Shown piece after piece: positions 1-8,623 of a stretch of 11,210 bases of DNA (its first letter is position 1; every line of letters begins with the position of its first letter). Position numbers and translations under genes: made by a program. The notes below the pieces were generated by a model, which was given only the letters and a program-made list of their open reading frames with translations, made no database searches and was not told the origin of the DNA. Origin of the DNA: an uncultured Aquificales bacterium (GTDB lineage Bacteria > Thermosulfidibacterota > Thermosulfidibacteria > Thermosulfidibacterales > Thermosulfidibacteraceae). The stretch lies in contig CAYPLO010000052.1 in NCBI GenBank assembly GCA_964411615.1, forward strand, positions 1 to 11,210, written 5' to 3'.

Positions 1-487
1 CACAAACCCTCAGTTTGAGGTGCTGCCTGAAGATGCCTCAGATCCTGCCATAAAGGAGGTTGAGTGGGTGCTCAACTCCAACGGTCCCGAGCGTCCCGCC
101 GAGTTGAGGAAGATTCTCCAGGAGAACATGTACACCCTCTGCGGTGTCTTCAGGGACCAGCAGAAGCTTGAGAAGATGTACGAAATCATAAAGGACCTCC
201 AGAAGAGGTATAAGAACATCCACATTGAGGACAGGGGAACCAAGTTCAACACCCACCTCATGGAGGCCATAGAGCTTGGCCATCTCCTTGAGACCGCCGA
301 GGTGATAGTTGCCGGAGCCCTCAACAGGACAGAGTCCCGTGGTGCCCATTACAGAACCGACTATCCCAAGAGGGACGATGAGAACTGGCTCAAGCATACT
401 CTGGCCTGGAGGACGGAAGAGGGAGTTAAGTTTGACTACAAGCCCGTTGTTATCACGAGGTTCAAGCCCGAAGAGAGGAAATACTGA
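1..487 (+). CDS. sdhA: Succinate dehydrogenase/fumarate reductase flavoprotein subunit, C-terminal part (5' end lies outside the window)
   Basis: Frame is open from base 2 ([12 protein letters not shown]...). Contains the Sdh/Frd flavoprotein C-terminal motifs 'GVFR', '[15 protein letters not shown]' and '[26 protein letters not shown]'. TGA stop at 485-487, directly upstream of the Fe-S subunit gene. Confidence 0.95.
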   Translation, partial: TNPQFEVLPEDASDPAIKEVEWVLNSNGPERPAELRKILQENMYTLCGVFRDQQKLEKMYEIIKDLQKRYKNIHIEDRGTKFNTHLMEAIELGHLLETAEVIVAGALNRTESRGAHYRTDYPKRDDENWLKHTLAWRTEEGVKFDYKPVVITRFKPEERKY

Positions 488-499
488 GGGGGTGCCGCT

Positions 500-1207
500 A
501 TGGCTGAGTATACATTCAGAATCTTCAGGTACGACCCCGAGAAGGATGAGACGGGGAGGGTGCAGGAGTACAGGTTTGAGCCTGAGCCCGGATGGACGGT
601 GCTTGATGCCCTCAACTACATCAAGTGGAACCTTGACGGTTCCCTCACCTACAGGAGGGCCTGCAGGCACGGCATATGCGGCTCCTGCGGTATGACCATA
701 AACGGGAAGAACAGGCTCGCCTGTGAGACTCAGTTGAAGGACTTGGGAACCACCGTTGTGACCGTTGAGCCCCTGAGGGGCTTCAGGGTCATAAAGGACC
801 TGGTGGTGGATATGGAGCCCTTCTATGACAAGCTCTACGCCGTCAAACCCTACCTCATCACCAAGACACCTCCTCCAACGGATAAGGAGAGGCTCCAGTC
901 CCCTGAGGACAGGGCCAAGCTTGACGGAAAGTACGAGTGTATCCTCTGTGGTTGCTGCACCAGCTCCTGTCCTACCTACTGGGCGGACAAGAACTTCCTG
1001 GGCCCCAATGCATTGCTGAAGGCTGCCAGGTTCCTCTTTGACTCAAGGGATGAGGGCTTTGAGGAGAGGCTGAACGCCATAGACGACAAGCACGGCATCT
1101 GGAGATGCCACACCATCTTCAACTGCGTGGAGGCCTGTCCCAAGGAGCTGAACCCCACCCAGGCCATTGTTGACCTGAGAAAGCTCATGCTCAGGGGGAG
1201 GCTGTAG
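500..1207 (+). CDS. sdhB: Succinate dehydrogenase/fumarate reductase iron-sulfur subunit (235 aa)
   Basis: [2Fe-2S] motif CRHGICGSC...LAC, [4Fe-4S] motif CILCGCCTSSCP, [3Fe-4S] motif CHTIFNCVEACP, and 'VIKDLVVDM'. G-rich SD (GAGGGGG) upstream of ATG500. Confidence 0.96.
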   Translation: MAEYTFRIFRYDPEKDETGRVQEYRFEPEPGWTVLDALNYIKWNLDGSLTYRRACRHGICGSCGMTINGKNRLACETQLKDLGTTVVTVEPLRGFRVIKDLVVDMEPFYDKLYAVKPYLITKTPPPTDKERLQSPEDRAKLDGKYECILCGCCTSSCPTYWADKNFLGPNALLKAARFLFDSRDEGFEERLNAIDDKHGIWRCHTIFNCVEACPKELNPTQAIVDLRKLMLRGRL

Positions 1208-1246
1208 TTGGAGCCTTCTGAGTGTGTAATGATACGGGACTGTCAG

Positions 1247-1277
1247 GAGGGGACCTCCTATAGGGGTCCCCTCTTTT
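1247..1277 (+). terminator. Intrinsic terminator-like hairpin after sdhB
   Basis: GAGGGGACCTC (1247-1257) pairs with GGGGTCCCCTC (1263-1273): 11 bp with one G-U, loop CTATA, followed by TTTT (1274-1277). The U-tract is short. Confidence 0.7.
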
Positions 1278-1304
1278 AATATGTGCTGAAAGGAGGGAGG
1301 TTCC

Positions 1305-2474
1305 ATGAAGGTTCACGAGTATCAGGCTAAGGAGCTGTTCAGGCAGTACGGCATACCCGTTCCCAGGGGCAAGGTTGCAGAGACCCCTGAGGAGGCCAAA
1401 AAGATTGCCGAGGAACTGGGGGGCAACCTCTTCGTTGTGAAGGCCCAGGTCCATGCCGGTGGACGTGGTAAGGCAGGTGGAGTGAAGCTGGCCAAGAGCC
1501 CCGACGAGGTCTACGAGGTGGCCAAGAAGATGATAGGCATGAAGCTGGTCACCCATCAGACTGGCCCTGAGGGAAAGCTGGTGAGGAAGGTTCTGGTTGA
1601 GGAGGGGCTCAACATAGAGAAGGAGTTCTATCTGGGAATGGTTATAGACAGGCAGACCGAGTGCCCCGTCATGATGGCATCCGCCGAAGGTGGAGTTGAG
1701 ATTGAGGAGGTTGCAAAGAGAAGCCCCGAGAAGATTCTCAAGGCCTTTATAGACCCCGCCCTTGGCATGATGCCCTTCTACGCCAGGCAGCTGGCCTTCG
1801 GTCTCGGCTTCACCGGCGAGACCCTCAAGAAGGCTGTGAAGTTCATGACATCCCTTTACAGGCTCTTCATCGAGAAGGATGCGTCCCTTGCAGAGATAAA
1901 CCCCCTTGTCCTCACCAAGGAGGGTGACCTCATAGCCCTTGATGCCAAGATAAACTTTGACGACAACGCCCTCTACAGGCACCCTGAGATTGCAGAACTC
2001 AGGGACATCCACGAGGAGAACCCCCTTGAGGTGGAGGCCTCCAAGTACGACCTCAACTACATCAAGCTTGAGGGCAACATCGGCTGCATGGTGAACGGTG
2101 CGGGACTCGCCATGGCCACCATGGATATCATCAAGCTCTACGGCGGTGAGCCTGCCAACTTCCTTGATGTGGGCGGTGCCGCAAACGTGGAGAGGGTGAA
2201 GAACGCCTTCAGGATTCTTTTGAGCGACCCCAACGTGAAGGCCGTCTTCATCAACATCTTCGGCGGTATAGTCCGCTGCGACAGGGTGGCCGAGGGTGTG
2301 ACTAAGGCGGCTCAGGAGCTTGAGATAAAGGTGCCCATGGTGGTGAGGCTTGAGGGGACCAACAAGGAGGAGGCCATGGAGATACTGAAGAACAGCGGTC
2401 TCTCCTTCATCCTTGCCACCTCCATGGCCGATGGTGCCGAGAAGGCGGTGAAGGCCGCCAAGGGCGAACTCTAA
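1305..2474 (+). CDS. sucC: Succinyl-CoA synthetase beta subunit (389 aa)
   Basis: Motifs [83 protein letters not shown]. Strong SD AAAGGAGGGAGG at 1289-1300. Confidence 0.98.
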   Translation: MKVHEYQAKELFRQYGIPVPRGKVAETPEEAKKIAEELGGNLFVVKAQVHAGGRGKAGGVKLAKSPDEVYEVAKKMIGMKLVTHQTGPEGKLVRKVLVEEGLNIEKEFYLGMVIDRQTECPVMMASAEGGVEIEEVAKRSPEKILKAFIDPALGMMPFYARQLAFGLGFTGETLKKAVKFMTSLYRLFIEKDASLAEINPLVLTKEGDLIALDAKINFDDNALYRHPEIAELRDIHEENPLEVEASKYDLNYIKLEGNIGCMVNGAGLAMATMDIIKLYGGEPANFLDVGGAANVERVKNAFRILLSDPNVKAVFINIFGGIVRCDRVAEGVTKAAQELEIKVPMVVRLEGTNKEEAMEILKNSGLSFILATSMADGAEKAVKAAKGEL

Positions 2475-2489
2475 GCAGGAGGTAGGGTC

Positions 2490-3365
2490 ATGAGCATCTT
2501 GGTTGGTAAGGATACAAGGGTCGTTGTTCAGGGTATAACCGGTAAGGAGGGAACCTTCCACACAAAGCAGTGCCTTGAGTACGGCACCAATGTGGTTGCC
2601 GGTGTCACCCCCGGTAAGGGGGGCCAGATGTGGGAGGGCAAGATTCCCGTCTACAACACCGTTGCCGAGGCGGTGGAGAAGGAGGGGGCCAACGCTTCCC
2701 TTATCTTCGTTCCTCCCGCCTTTGCGGCGGACGCCATAGCAGAGGCGGCAGAGGCGGGTTGTAAGGTGATAGTGGCCATAACCGAGGGGATTCCTGCCCT
2801 TGATATGATGAAGGTGAAGAGGGCCATAAGGGACAAGGGGTGCAGGCTCATCGGTCCCAACTGCCCGGGAATCATCACCCCTGGCGAGTGTAAGATGGGC
2901 ATAATGCCCGGATACATCTTCAAGAGAGGGCCCGTTGGTGTAATCTCCAGGTCCGGAACCCTAACCTACGAGGCTGTGTGGCAGTGCACAACCCGTGGCA
3001 TAGGCCAGTCCACATGCATAGGCATAGGAGGTGACCCCATCGTGGGTTCCAGGTTCATAGACCTTCTCAAACTCTTCAACGAGGACCCCGAGACGGAGCT
3101 TGTGGTGCTCATAGGTGAGATTGGAGGAACCGCCGAGGAGGAGGCCGCCGAGTACATCAAAAGGGAGTTCAAGAAGCCCGTTGTGGCCTTCATAGCTGGA
3201 AGGACCGCTCCTCCAGGTAAGAGGATGGGCCATGCGGGAGCCATAATAGCTGGCGGCAAGGGGACCGCCGCCGAGAAGATGGCGGCCCTGAGAGAGGCCG
3301 GTGTGCATGTGGTTGAGAGTCCCGCCGAGATAGGCGAGACGGTGGCGAAGGTGCTCGGAAAATAA
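2490..3365 (+). CDS. sucD: Succinyl-CoA synthetase alpha subunit (291 aa)
   Basis: Motifs [40 protein letters not shown] and the phospho-His loop [19 protein letters not shown] at 2477-2483. Confidence 0.98.
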   Translation: MSILVGKDTRVVVQGITGKEGTFHTKQCLEYGTNVVAGVTPGKGGQMWEGKIPVYNTVAEAVEKEGANASLIFVPPAFAADAIAEAAEAGCKVIVAITEGIPALDMMKVKRAIRDKGCRLIGPNCPGIITPGECKMGIMPGYIFKRGPVGVISRSGTLTYEAVWQCTTRGIGQSTCIGIGGDPIVGSRFIDLLKLFNEDPETELVVLIGEIGGTAEEEAAEYIKREFKKPVVAFIAGRTAPPGKRMGHAGAIIAGGKGTAAEKMAALREAGVHVVESPAEIGETVAKVLGK

Positions 3366-3379
3366 CCGGAGGTATGAAG

Positions 3380-3625
3380 ATGGCTGAGGCTACCAAGAAA
3401 AAGAAGTTCAGAGGCATGGTGGTTATAAAGCCCGACAGGTGCAAGGGCTGCGAGATATGCGTCTCCTTCTGTCCCACAGGGGCCATAGTCATGTCCGATA
3501 AGTTCAACGCCAAGGGGTACCACTATCCCGAGTTTGCCTACCCTGATAAGTGTACGGGCTGTGGCCTCTGCGGCATGTACTGTCCCGACTTTGCCATTTA
3601 CGGCTACAGGGAAAAGATAGAGTAG
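3380..3625 (+). CDS. korD: 2-oxoglutarate:ferredoxin oxidoreductase delta subunit (2x[4Fe-4S] ferredoxin-like, 81 aa)
   Basis: Two CxxCxxCxxxCP motifs (CKGCEICVSFCP; CTGCGLCGMYCPDFAI) with the 'NAKGYHYP' linker. Start moved to ATG3380 because SD GGAGGT (3368-3373) abuts ATG3374 but is 6 nt from ATG3380. Confidence 0.9.
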   Translation: MAEATKKKKFRGMVVIKPDRCKGCEICVSFCPTGAIVMSDKFNAKGYHYPEFAYPDKCTGCGLCGMYCPDFAIYGYREKIE

Positions 3626-3641
3626 CTTGGGAGGAGAAGAG

Positions 3642-4823
3642 ATGGCTGAGATTAAATGGACCACAGCAGACCCCAAAGGGGTTCTTACAGGTGCCCACTA
3701 CCTTGACGGCAACCATGCGGCCTGCGAGGGAGCCCTCGCCGCTGGCTGCCGCTTTGCCGCGGGCTACCCCATCACCCCCTCCACGGAGGTGGTGGAGAGG
3801 TTCGCCGCCAGGATTCCCTTGGTTGGCGGAATCTTTATCCAGATGGAGGACGAGATAGCCTCCTCCATCTGCCTTCAAGGTGCCGTCTGGGCCGGACTAA
3901 AGGCCATGACCGTCACATCCGGTCCCGGACTCTCCCTCATGATGGAGCACATAGGCTATGCCGCCATGACCGAGACCCCCTGCGTCTTTGTGGATGTGCA
4001 GAGGGGTGGCCCCTCAACGGGTATGCCCACGCTGCCCTCCCAGGCGGACATGATGCAGTGCAGGTGGGGCTCCCACGGCGACTACGAGATAATCGCCCTT
4101 TCCCCCAGCTCTCCCCAGGAGTGCTTCAACTTCATCATAGATGCCTTTAACCTTGCCGAAATCTACAGGGTCCCCGTCTTCTTCATGATGGACGAGTGTG
4201 TGGGCCACATGACGGAGAAGGTGATAATCCCCGAGCCCGACCAGATAAAGGTGGTGGAGCGCCGCTGGACGGACAAGAAGCCCGGCGAGTACCTTCCCTA
4301 CGAGCCCGACGATGATCTGGTTCCCAGGATGGTGAAGGCGGGTGACGGCTACAGGTTCCACATAACGGGTCTCACCCACGACAAGAGGGGTTATCCCGCC
4401 GCCACCGATATTGAGGAGCAGGACAGGCTGGTGAGGAGGCTCTGCGATAAGATAACCAAGAACGCCCCCAAGATATGGAAGTGGGAGGAGGACGAGACCG
4501 ACGGGTGCGAGGTCCTGGTGGTCTCCTATGGCATATCCGCCAGGGTTGCCCTTCTGGGTATAGAGAAGGCCAGAAAACAGGGTGTGAAGGTAGGAGCCCT
4601 GAGGCTCATAGTGGTCTGGCCACTTCCTGAGCCCAGACTCAAGGAGCTTGCCGACAAGGTGAAGGCCATAGTGGTTCCCGAACTCAACATCAGGGCGCAG
4701 GTTGCCCGTGAGATAGAGAGGGTTGTGGCGGGCAAGTGTCCCGTTATCCCTGTGGGGCACGCCGGCGGAACCGTCCACAATCCTGAGGACATATACAACG
4801 CTATAATGGAGGCGGTAAAATGA
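3642..4823 (+). CDS. korA: 2-oxoglutarate (2-oxoacid):ferredoxin oxidoreductase alpha subunit (393 aa)
   Basis: Motifs GNHA...GYPITPSTE, QMEDE, TSGPGLSLM, QRGGPSTGMPT, GSHGDY. ATG3642 is preceded by a GGAGGAG SD, so it is preferred over the TTG3627 call. 2-oxoglutarate specificity is inferred mainly from the sucCD context. Confidence 0.9.
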   Translation: MAEIKWTTADPKGVLTGAHYLDGNHAACEGALAAGCRFAAGYPITPSTEVVERFAARIPLVGGIFIQMEDEIASSICLQGAVWAGLKAMTVTSGPGLSLMMEHIGYAAMTETPCVFVDVQRGGPSTGMPTLPSQADMMQCRWGSHGDYEIIALSPSSPQECFNFIIDAFNLAEIYRVPVFFMMDECVGHMTEKVIIPEPDQIKVVERRWTDKKPGEYLPYEPDDDLVPRMVKAGDGYRFHITGLTHDKRGYPAATDIEEQDRLVRRLCDKITKNAPKIWKWEEDETDGCEVLVVSYGISARVALLGIEKARKQGVKVGALRLIVVWPLPEPRLKELADKVKAIVVPELNIRAQVAREIERVVAGKCPVIPVGHAGGTVHNPEDIYNAIMEAVK

Positions 4824-5677
4824 GCACTGCTTTGCGTGAGAATCCGGTAGAGCAGTTTCTTAGAACGGAACGTATGCCCCATATATGGTGCCCTGGCTGC
4901 GGCATAGGAACTTCCGTCAACTGCTTCGCCAGGGCGGTCCTTCAGTGTGGAATAGACCTGGACAAGCTCTGCATAGTCTCCGGTATAGGCTGCACGGGCC
5001 GTGTTGCAGGCTATCTGAGGCTTGACTCCTTCCACACCACCCACGGAAGGGCCATCCCCTTCGCAACGGGATTGAAGCTTGCCAACCCGGACCTGCACGT
5101 GGTGGTCTACTCTGGTGATGGAGACCTTGCCGCCATCGGTGGCAACCACCTGATTCACGCCGCAAGAAGGAACATAGATATAACCGTCATCTGCGTTAAC
5201 AACTTCAACTACGGAATGACCGGTGGTCAGGTGGCCCCCACCACCCACCACGAGAAGGTGGCCACCACAACCCCCTACGGAGACCCCGAGTATCCCTTTA
5301 ACCTGCCGGACCTCGTTGCCTCATGCGGAGCCGTCTTCGTGGCGAGGTGGACCACCTACCACGTCATGCAGCTCACAAAGTCCATGGTTAAGGCACTGAA
5401 CAAGAAGGGCTTCAGCTTCGTTGAGGTGCTTGCCCCCTGTCCCACCCTCTATCTGAGGAGGAACAGGCTGGGCACCAGCGTTGACATGATGAAGTACTTC
5501 AAGGAGAAGAGCGTCATAAAGCACGGTGCCGACACCAAAGAGGTGGGACTTGAGAGCTACGACAAGGAGATTATCGTTGGCGAGTTCGTGGACAGGGACA
5601 GGCCCGATTATCTGGACAACTACAACGAGATTCTCAAGAAGAAGCTGGGCGACAAGTTCCAGCCCTGGGGGAGGTAA
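4820..5677 (+). CDS. korB: 2-oxoglutarate (2-oxoacid):ferredoxin oxidoreductase beta subunit, TPP-binding (285 aa)
   Basis: Motifs WCPGCG, SGIGC, HTTHGRA, the TPP motif GDGD...NN (GDGDLAAIGGNH...VNNFNYGMTGGQ) and a C-terminal PCPT. ATGA overlap with the korA stop, SD GGAGG at 4808-4812. Confidence 0.93.
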   Translation: MSTALRENPVEQFLRTERMPHIWCPGCGIGTSVNCFARAVLQCGIDLDKLCIVSGIGCTGRVAGYLRLDSFHTTHGRAIPFATGLKLANPDLHVVVYSGDGDLAAIGGNHLIHAARRNIDITVICVNNFNYGMTGGQVAPTTHHEKVATTTPYGDPEYPFNLPDLVASCGAVFVARWTTYHVMQLTKSMVKALNKKGFSFVEVLAPCPTLYLRRNRLGTSVDMMKYFKEKSVIKHGADTKEVGLESYDKEIIVGEFVDRDRPDYLDNYNEILKKKLGDKFQPWGR

Positions 5678-5680
5678 GAG

Positions 5681-6238
5681 ATGGCTGCCGACAGGATTGA
5701 GATAAGGCTTGCGGGCTTTGGAGGCCAGGGAATCATACTGATGGGCTATGTGATTGGGAAGGCCTACTCCATCTTCGAGGGGTACGAGGCCACCCTCACC
5801 CAGAGCTTCGGTCCCGAGGCAAGGGGTGGTGCCTGCTCTGCCCAGGTGGTGCTCTCCAAGGGAAAAGTCCTCTACCCCTACGTTGTCCAGCCCGATATCT
5901 TTGTTGCCATGTCCCAGGAGGCCTTTGACAAGTACTACCCCACACTGAAGAAGGACGGCATCCTCATAATAGAGGAGGAGCTGGTTGATATATCCAAGGT
6001 GAACCCCACCCAGAAGGTCTTCAAGATACCCGCCACCAGATTCGCCGAGGAGAAGGTGGGAAGGAGGCTCACCCTGAACATCGTCATGTGTGGCTTCTTC
6101 ACCGCCGTCACGGGGATTGTGAGCAGGGATGCCATGAGGAAGTCCGTTGAGGATACGGTGCCTGCCGGAACCGAGGAGCTGAACCTTAAGGCCTTTGACG
6201 TGGGCTACGAGTACGGTCTTCAGTTTGCTGGAAAGTAG
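5681..6238 (+). CDS. korC: 2-oxoglutarate (2-oxoacid):ferredoxin oxidoreductase gamma subunit (185 aa)
   Basis: Motifs EIRLAGFGGQGIIL, QSFGPEARGGACSAQVV, AMSQEA, NIVMCG, NLKAFDVG. Starts 3 nt after the korB stop. Confidence 0.92.
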   Translation: MAADRIEIRLAGFGGQGIILMGYVIGKAYSIFEGYEATLTQSFGPEARGGACSAQVVLSKGKVLYPYVVQPDIFVAMSQEAFDKYYPTLKKDGILIIEEELVDISKVNPTQKVFKIPATRFAEEKVGRRLTLNIVMCGFFTAVTGIVSRDAMRKSVEDTVPAGTEELNLKAFDVGYEYGLQFAGK

Positions 6239-6244
6239 ATATGC

Positions 6245-6268
6245 GGGGGAGCCGTAGGGCTCCCCCTT
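6245..6268 (+). terminator. Strong GC hairpin after korC (weak terminator or mRNA 3'-stabilising stem)
   Basis: Perfect 9-bp stem GGGGGAGCC (6245-6253)/GGCTCCCCC (6258-6266) with loop GTAG. Only TT follows, so termination efficiency is doubtful. Confidence 0.55.
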
Positions 6269-6290
6269 CAAAGGGCAGGGGTCTTTTGAG

Positions 6291-6806
6291 GTGAGGGGAC
6301 AGGTCCTTGCATACAGAGGCGTTGAACCAAAAATAGCCGGGGATGTCTTTGTCGCCCCCGGTGCCTTTGTCATAGGCGATGTTGAGATAAAGGAGGGTTC
6401 CTCCATCTGGTTCAACACTGTGGTAAGGGGAGATGTGAACTACATCCGCATAGGTGCCTACACCAACATCCAGGACCTCACCATGGTCCATGTGACCACC
6501 GAAAAGTACCCCACCATCATCGGTGATTACGTCACCATAGGCCATAAGGCCATGATACACGGCTGTGTGATAGAGGACCACTGCCTTATCGGCATGTCCG
6601 CCGTGATAATGGACGGTGTGAAGGTGGGCAGATACTCCATAGTGGCGGCAGGCTCCCTCCTCCCTCCCGGCAAGGAGTACCCCTCCGGAGTCCTGATTAA
6701 AGGTGCCCCTGCTAAGGTGGCCAGGGAGCTGAAGGAAGAGGAGAAGAGAGATATAGAGAGATTGGCCCTGCACTACCACAATCTTGCAAAATCTTACCTC
6801 AAGTAA
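6291..6806 (+). CDS. Gamma carbonic anhydrase family protein (YrdA/PaaY-like left-handed beta-helix, 171 aa)
   Basis: Hexapeptide repeats, 'VVRGD', 'TNIQD', three His metal ligands (VHVT, IGHK, IHGC) and a C-terminal '[11 protein letters not shown]...Y' helix. GTG start with a weak AGGGG SD at 6277-6281. Confidence 0.9.
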   Translation: MRGQVLAYRGVEPKIAGDVFVAPGAFVIGDVEIKEGSSIWFNTVVRGDVNYIRIGAYTNIQDLTMVHVTTEKYPTIIGDYVTIGHKAMIHGCVIEDHCLIGMSAVIMDGVKVGRYSIVAAGSLLPPGKEYPSGVLIKGAPAKVARELKEEEKRDIERLALHYHNLAKSYLK

Positions 6807-6812
6807 TAAAGT
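6784..6812 (+). promoter_or_regulatory. Putative sigma70-type promoter for lepA-lepB-hemD
   Basis: TTGCAA (6784-6789), 17-bp spacer, TAAAGT (6807-6812) in a locally AT-rich patch. Predicted +1 is around 6819-6821, and the first purine available is the G of GTG6821. Confidence 0.6.
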
Positions 6813-6820
6813 CTCTCCCC

Positions 6821-8620
6821 GTGGCTGCTAAGGAGAACATCAGAAACTTCTCCATCATCGCCCATATAGACCACGGCAAATCCACCCTCGCCGACCGTCT
6901 CTTGGAGTTCACCGGTGCCGTTCCCCCCAACAAGATGCGGGAGCAGTTCTTAGACAGGATGGACATAGAGAGGGAGAGGGGCATCACCATAAAGGCCCAG
7001 ACCGTCAGGCTCACCTACGGGGCTAAGGACGGCAGGGAGTACATACTGAACCTCATAGACACCCCCGGACACGTTGACTTCAGCTACGAGGTCTCCAGGT
7101 CCCTTGCCGCATGTGAGGGTGCCCTTCTTGTGGTTGATGCAACCCAGGGGGTTGAGGCCCAGACCATAGCCAATGTTTATCTTGCCCTGGAGCACGACCT
7201 GGAGATTATCCCCGTCATAAACAAGATAGACCTGCCCAGTGCGGACCCTGAGAAGGTGAAGAGGGAGATAGAGGAGGTCATAGGCATAGACGCCTCCGAT
7301 GCCCTTCTGGTCTCTGCAAAGCTGGGAATAGGCACGGAGGATGTCCTTGAAGCCATAGTTAATAGAATCCCTCCACCTGGGGGAGATGCCGATAAGCCTT
7401 TAAAGGCCCTCATATTTGACTCCTGGTACGACCCCTACAAGGGTGTGGTCACAACCATAAGGGTGATTGACGGCAAAATAAGGAGGGGTATGAGGATACT
7501 CCTCATGTCAACGGGGAAGGTCTTTGAGGTTGAGGAGGTTGGGGTGTTTGCCCCCGACCCCGTTCCCGTTGAGGAGCTCTCCGCCGGTGAGGTGGGTTAT
7601 ATAACCGCAGGGATAAAGAACGTTCGGGATACAAGGGTGGGGGACACCATCACCGATGCCAGCAACCCCACCCCTGAGCCCTTCCCCGGCTTTAAGAAGG
7701 TCAAACCCATGGTCTTTGCAGGCATATACCCCATAGACCCCGACGACTACCCCGACCTCAGGGAGGCCCTTGAGAAGCTCCAGCTCAACGACGCCTCCCT
7801 GGTCTTTGAGCCTGAATCCTCGGCGGCCCTGGGATACGGCTTCAGGTGTGGCTTCTTGGGAAGCCTTCACATGGAGATAGTGAAGGAGAGGCTGGAGAGG
7901 GAGTTTGACCTGAGGCTTATAGCCACCGCCCCCACCGTTGTCTACAAGGTTGTGAAGCGAAACGGTGAGGAGGTCTACATAGACAACCCCGCCCATCTCC
8001 CCGATGCCGGCTCCATAGACCATATAGAGGAGCCGTGGGTTCTTGCAACCATAATCACTCCCGCCGAGTACGTGGGGGGCATCATAAATCTCCTCATAGA
8101 CAGGAGGGGTGTCCAGAAGAGGATGGAGTACATGGAGGGCAACAGGGTGCTCATGGAGTACGAGGTGCCCTTAGCGGAGATACTCCTGGACTTCCACGAC
8201 CATCTTAAGACCGTCTCAAGGGGCTACGCCTCCATGGACTACGAGATAATAGGCTACAGGGAGTCGGACTTGGTTAAGCTTGACATACTCATAAACGGAA
8301 AGCCCGTTGACGCCCTCTCGGTCATAGTCCACAGGGACAAGGCATACTACAGGGGCAGGGAGCTGGTTAAGAAGCTCAAGGAGCTCATCCCCAGACAGCT
8401 CTTTGAGGTGGCCATACAGGCGGCCATAGGCCGTAAGGTTATAGCAAGGGAGACGGTTAAGCCCCTGCGTAAGGATGTGCTGGCCAAGTGCTACGGTGGA
8501 GATGTGACCAGGAAGAAGAAGCTCCTTGAGAAGCAGAAGGAGGGGAAGAAGAGGATGAAGATGATAGGAAAGGTTGAGATACCCCAGGAGGCCTTTTTAG
8601 CCGTCCTCAAGAAGGAGTGA
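6821..8620 (+). CDS. lepA: Elongation factor 4 (LepA), translational GTPase (599 aa)
   Basis: Motifs [50 protein letters not shown] and the LepA C-terminal '[25 protein letters not shown]'. Confidence 0.99.
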   Translation: MAAKENIRNFSIIAHIDHGKSTLADRLLEFTGAVPPNKMREQFLDRMDIERERGITIKAQTVRLTYGAKDGREYILNLIDTPGHVDFSYEVSRSLAACEGALLVVDATQGVEAQTIANVYLALEHDLEIIPVINKIDLPSADPEKVKREIEEVIGIDASDALLVSAKLGIGTEDVLEAIVNRIPPPGGDADKPLKALIFDSWYDPYKGVVTTIRVIDGKIRRGMRILLMSTGKVFEVEEVGVFAPDPVPVEELSAGEVGYITAGIKNVRDTRVGDTITDASNPTPEPFPGFKKVKPMVFAGIYPIDPDDYPDLREALEKLQLNDASLVFEPESSAALGYGFRCGFLGSLHMEIVKERLEREFDLRLIATAPTVVYKVVKRNGEEVYIDNPAHLPDAGSIDHIEEPWVLATIITPAEYVGGIINLLIDRRGVQKRMEYMEGNRVLMEYEVPLAEILLDFHDHLKTVSRGYASMDYEIIGYRESDLVKLDILINGKPVDALSVIVHRDKAYYRGRELVKKLKELIPRQLFEVAIQAAIGRKVIARETVKPLRKDVLAKCYGGDVTRKKKLLEKQKEGKKRMKMIGKVEIPQEAFLAVLKKE

Positions 8621-8623
8621 GAG

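Noticed and set aside
485..2492. In-frame junctions sdhA-sdhB and sucC-sucD as possible read-through or selenocysteine fusions
   Set aside because: Each downstream gene has its own SD and ATG, no SECIS-like hairpin is evident, and the number of in-frame junctions is near the one-in-three chance expectation.
1191..2561. 456-aa minus-strand ORF, and other long antisense ORFs (38-670, 2966-3676, 4014-4778, 4526-5251, 5321-6418, 7508-8023, 8699-9208, 9208-9729, 10480-11034)
   Set aside because: They lie antisense to well-conserved genes, show no recognisable motifs and are the expected shadow of strongly biased, GC3-rich codon usage.
1305..3365. Possibility that sucCD is citryl-CoA synthetase, malate thiokinase or ATP-citrate lyase
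   Set aside because: Lengths and motifs ([35 protein letters not shown]) are canonical for succinyl-CoA synthetase, and the genes sit between sdh and kor.
3374..3641. ORF-track starts ATG3374 (korD) and TTG3627 (korA)
   Set aside because: SD spacing favours ATG3380 and ATG3642.
4802..4807. Perfect TATAAT just upstream of korB
   Set aside because: No -35 or extended -10 at proper spacing. It is explained by korA codons GCT-ATA-ATG, and korB is translationally coupled via ATGA with its own SD.
4820..4890. Atypical codons (CGT, GTA, CCG) and lower GC at the korB 5' end
   Set aside because: Short and consistent with ordinary selection for weak mRNA structure near a start codon; no evidence of recombination or insertion.
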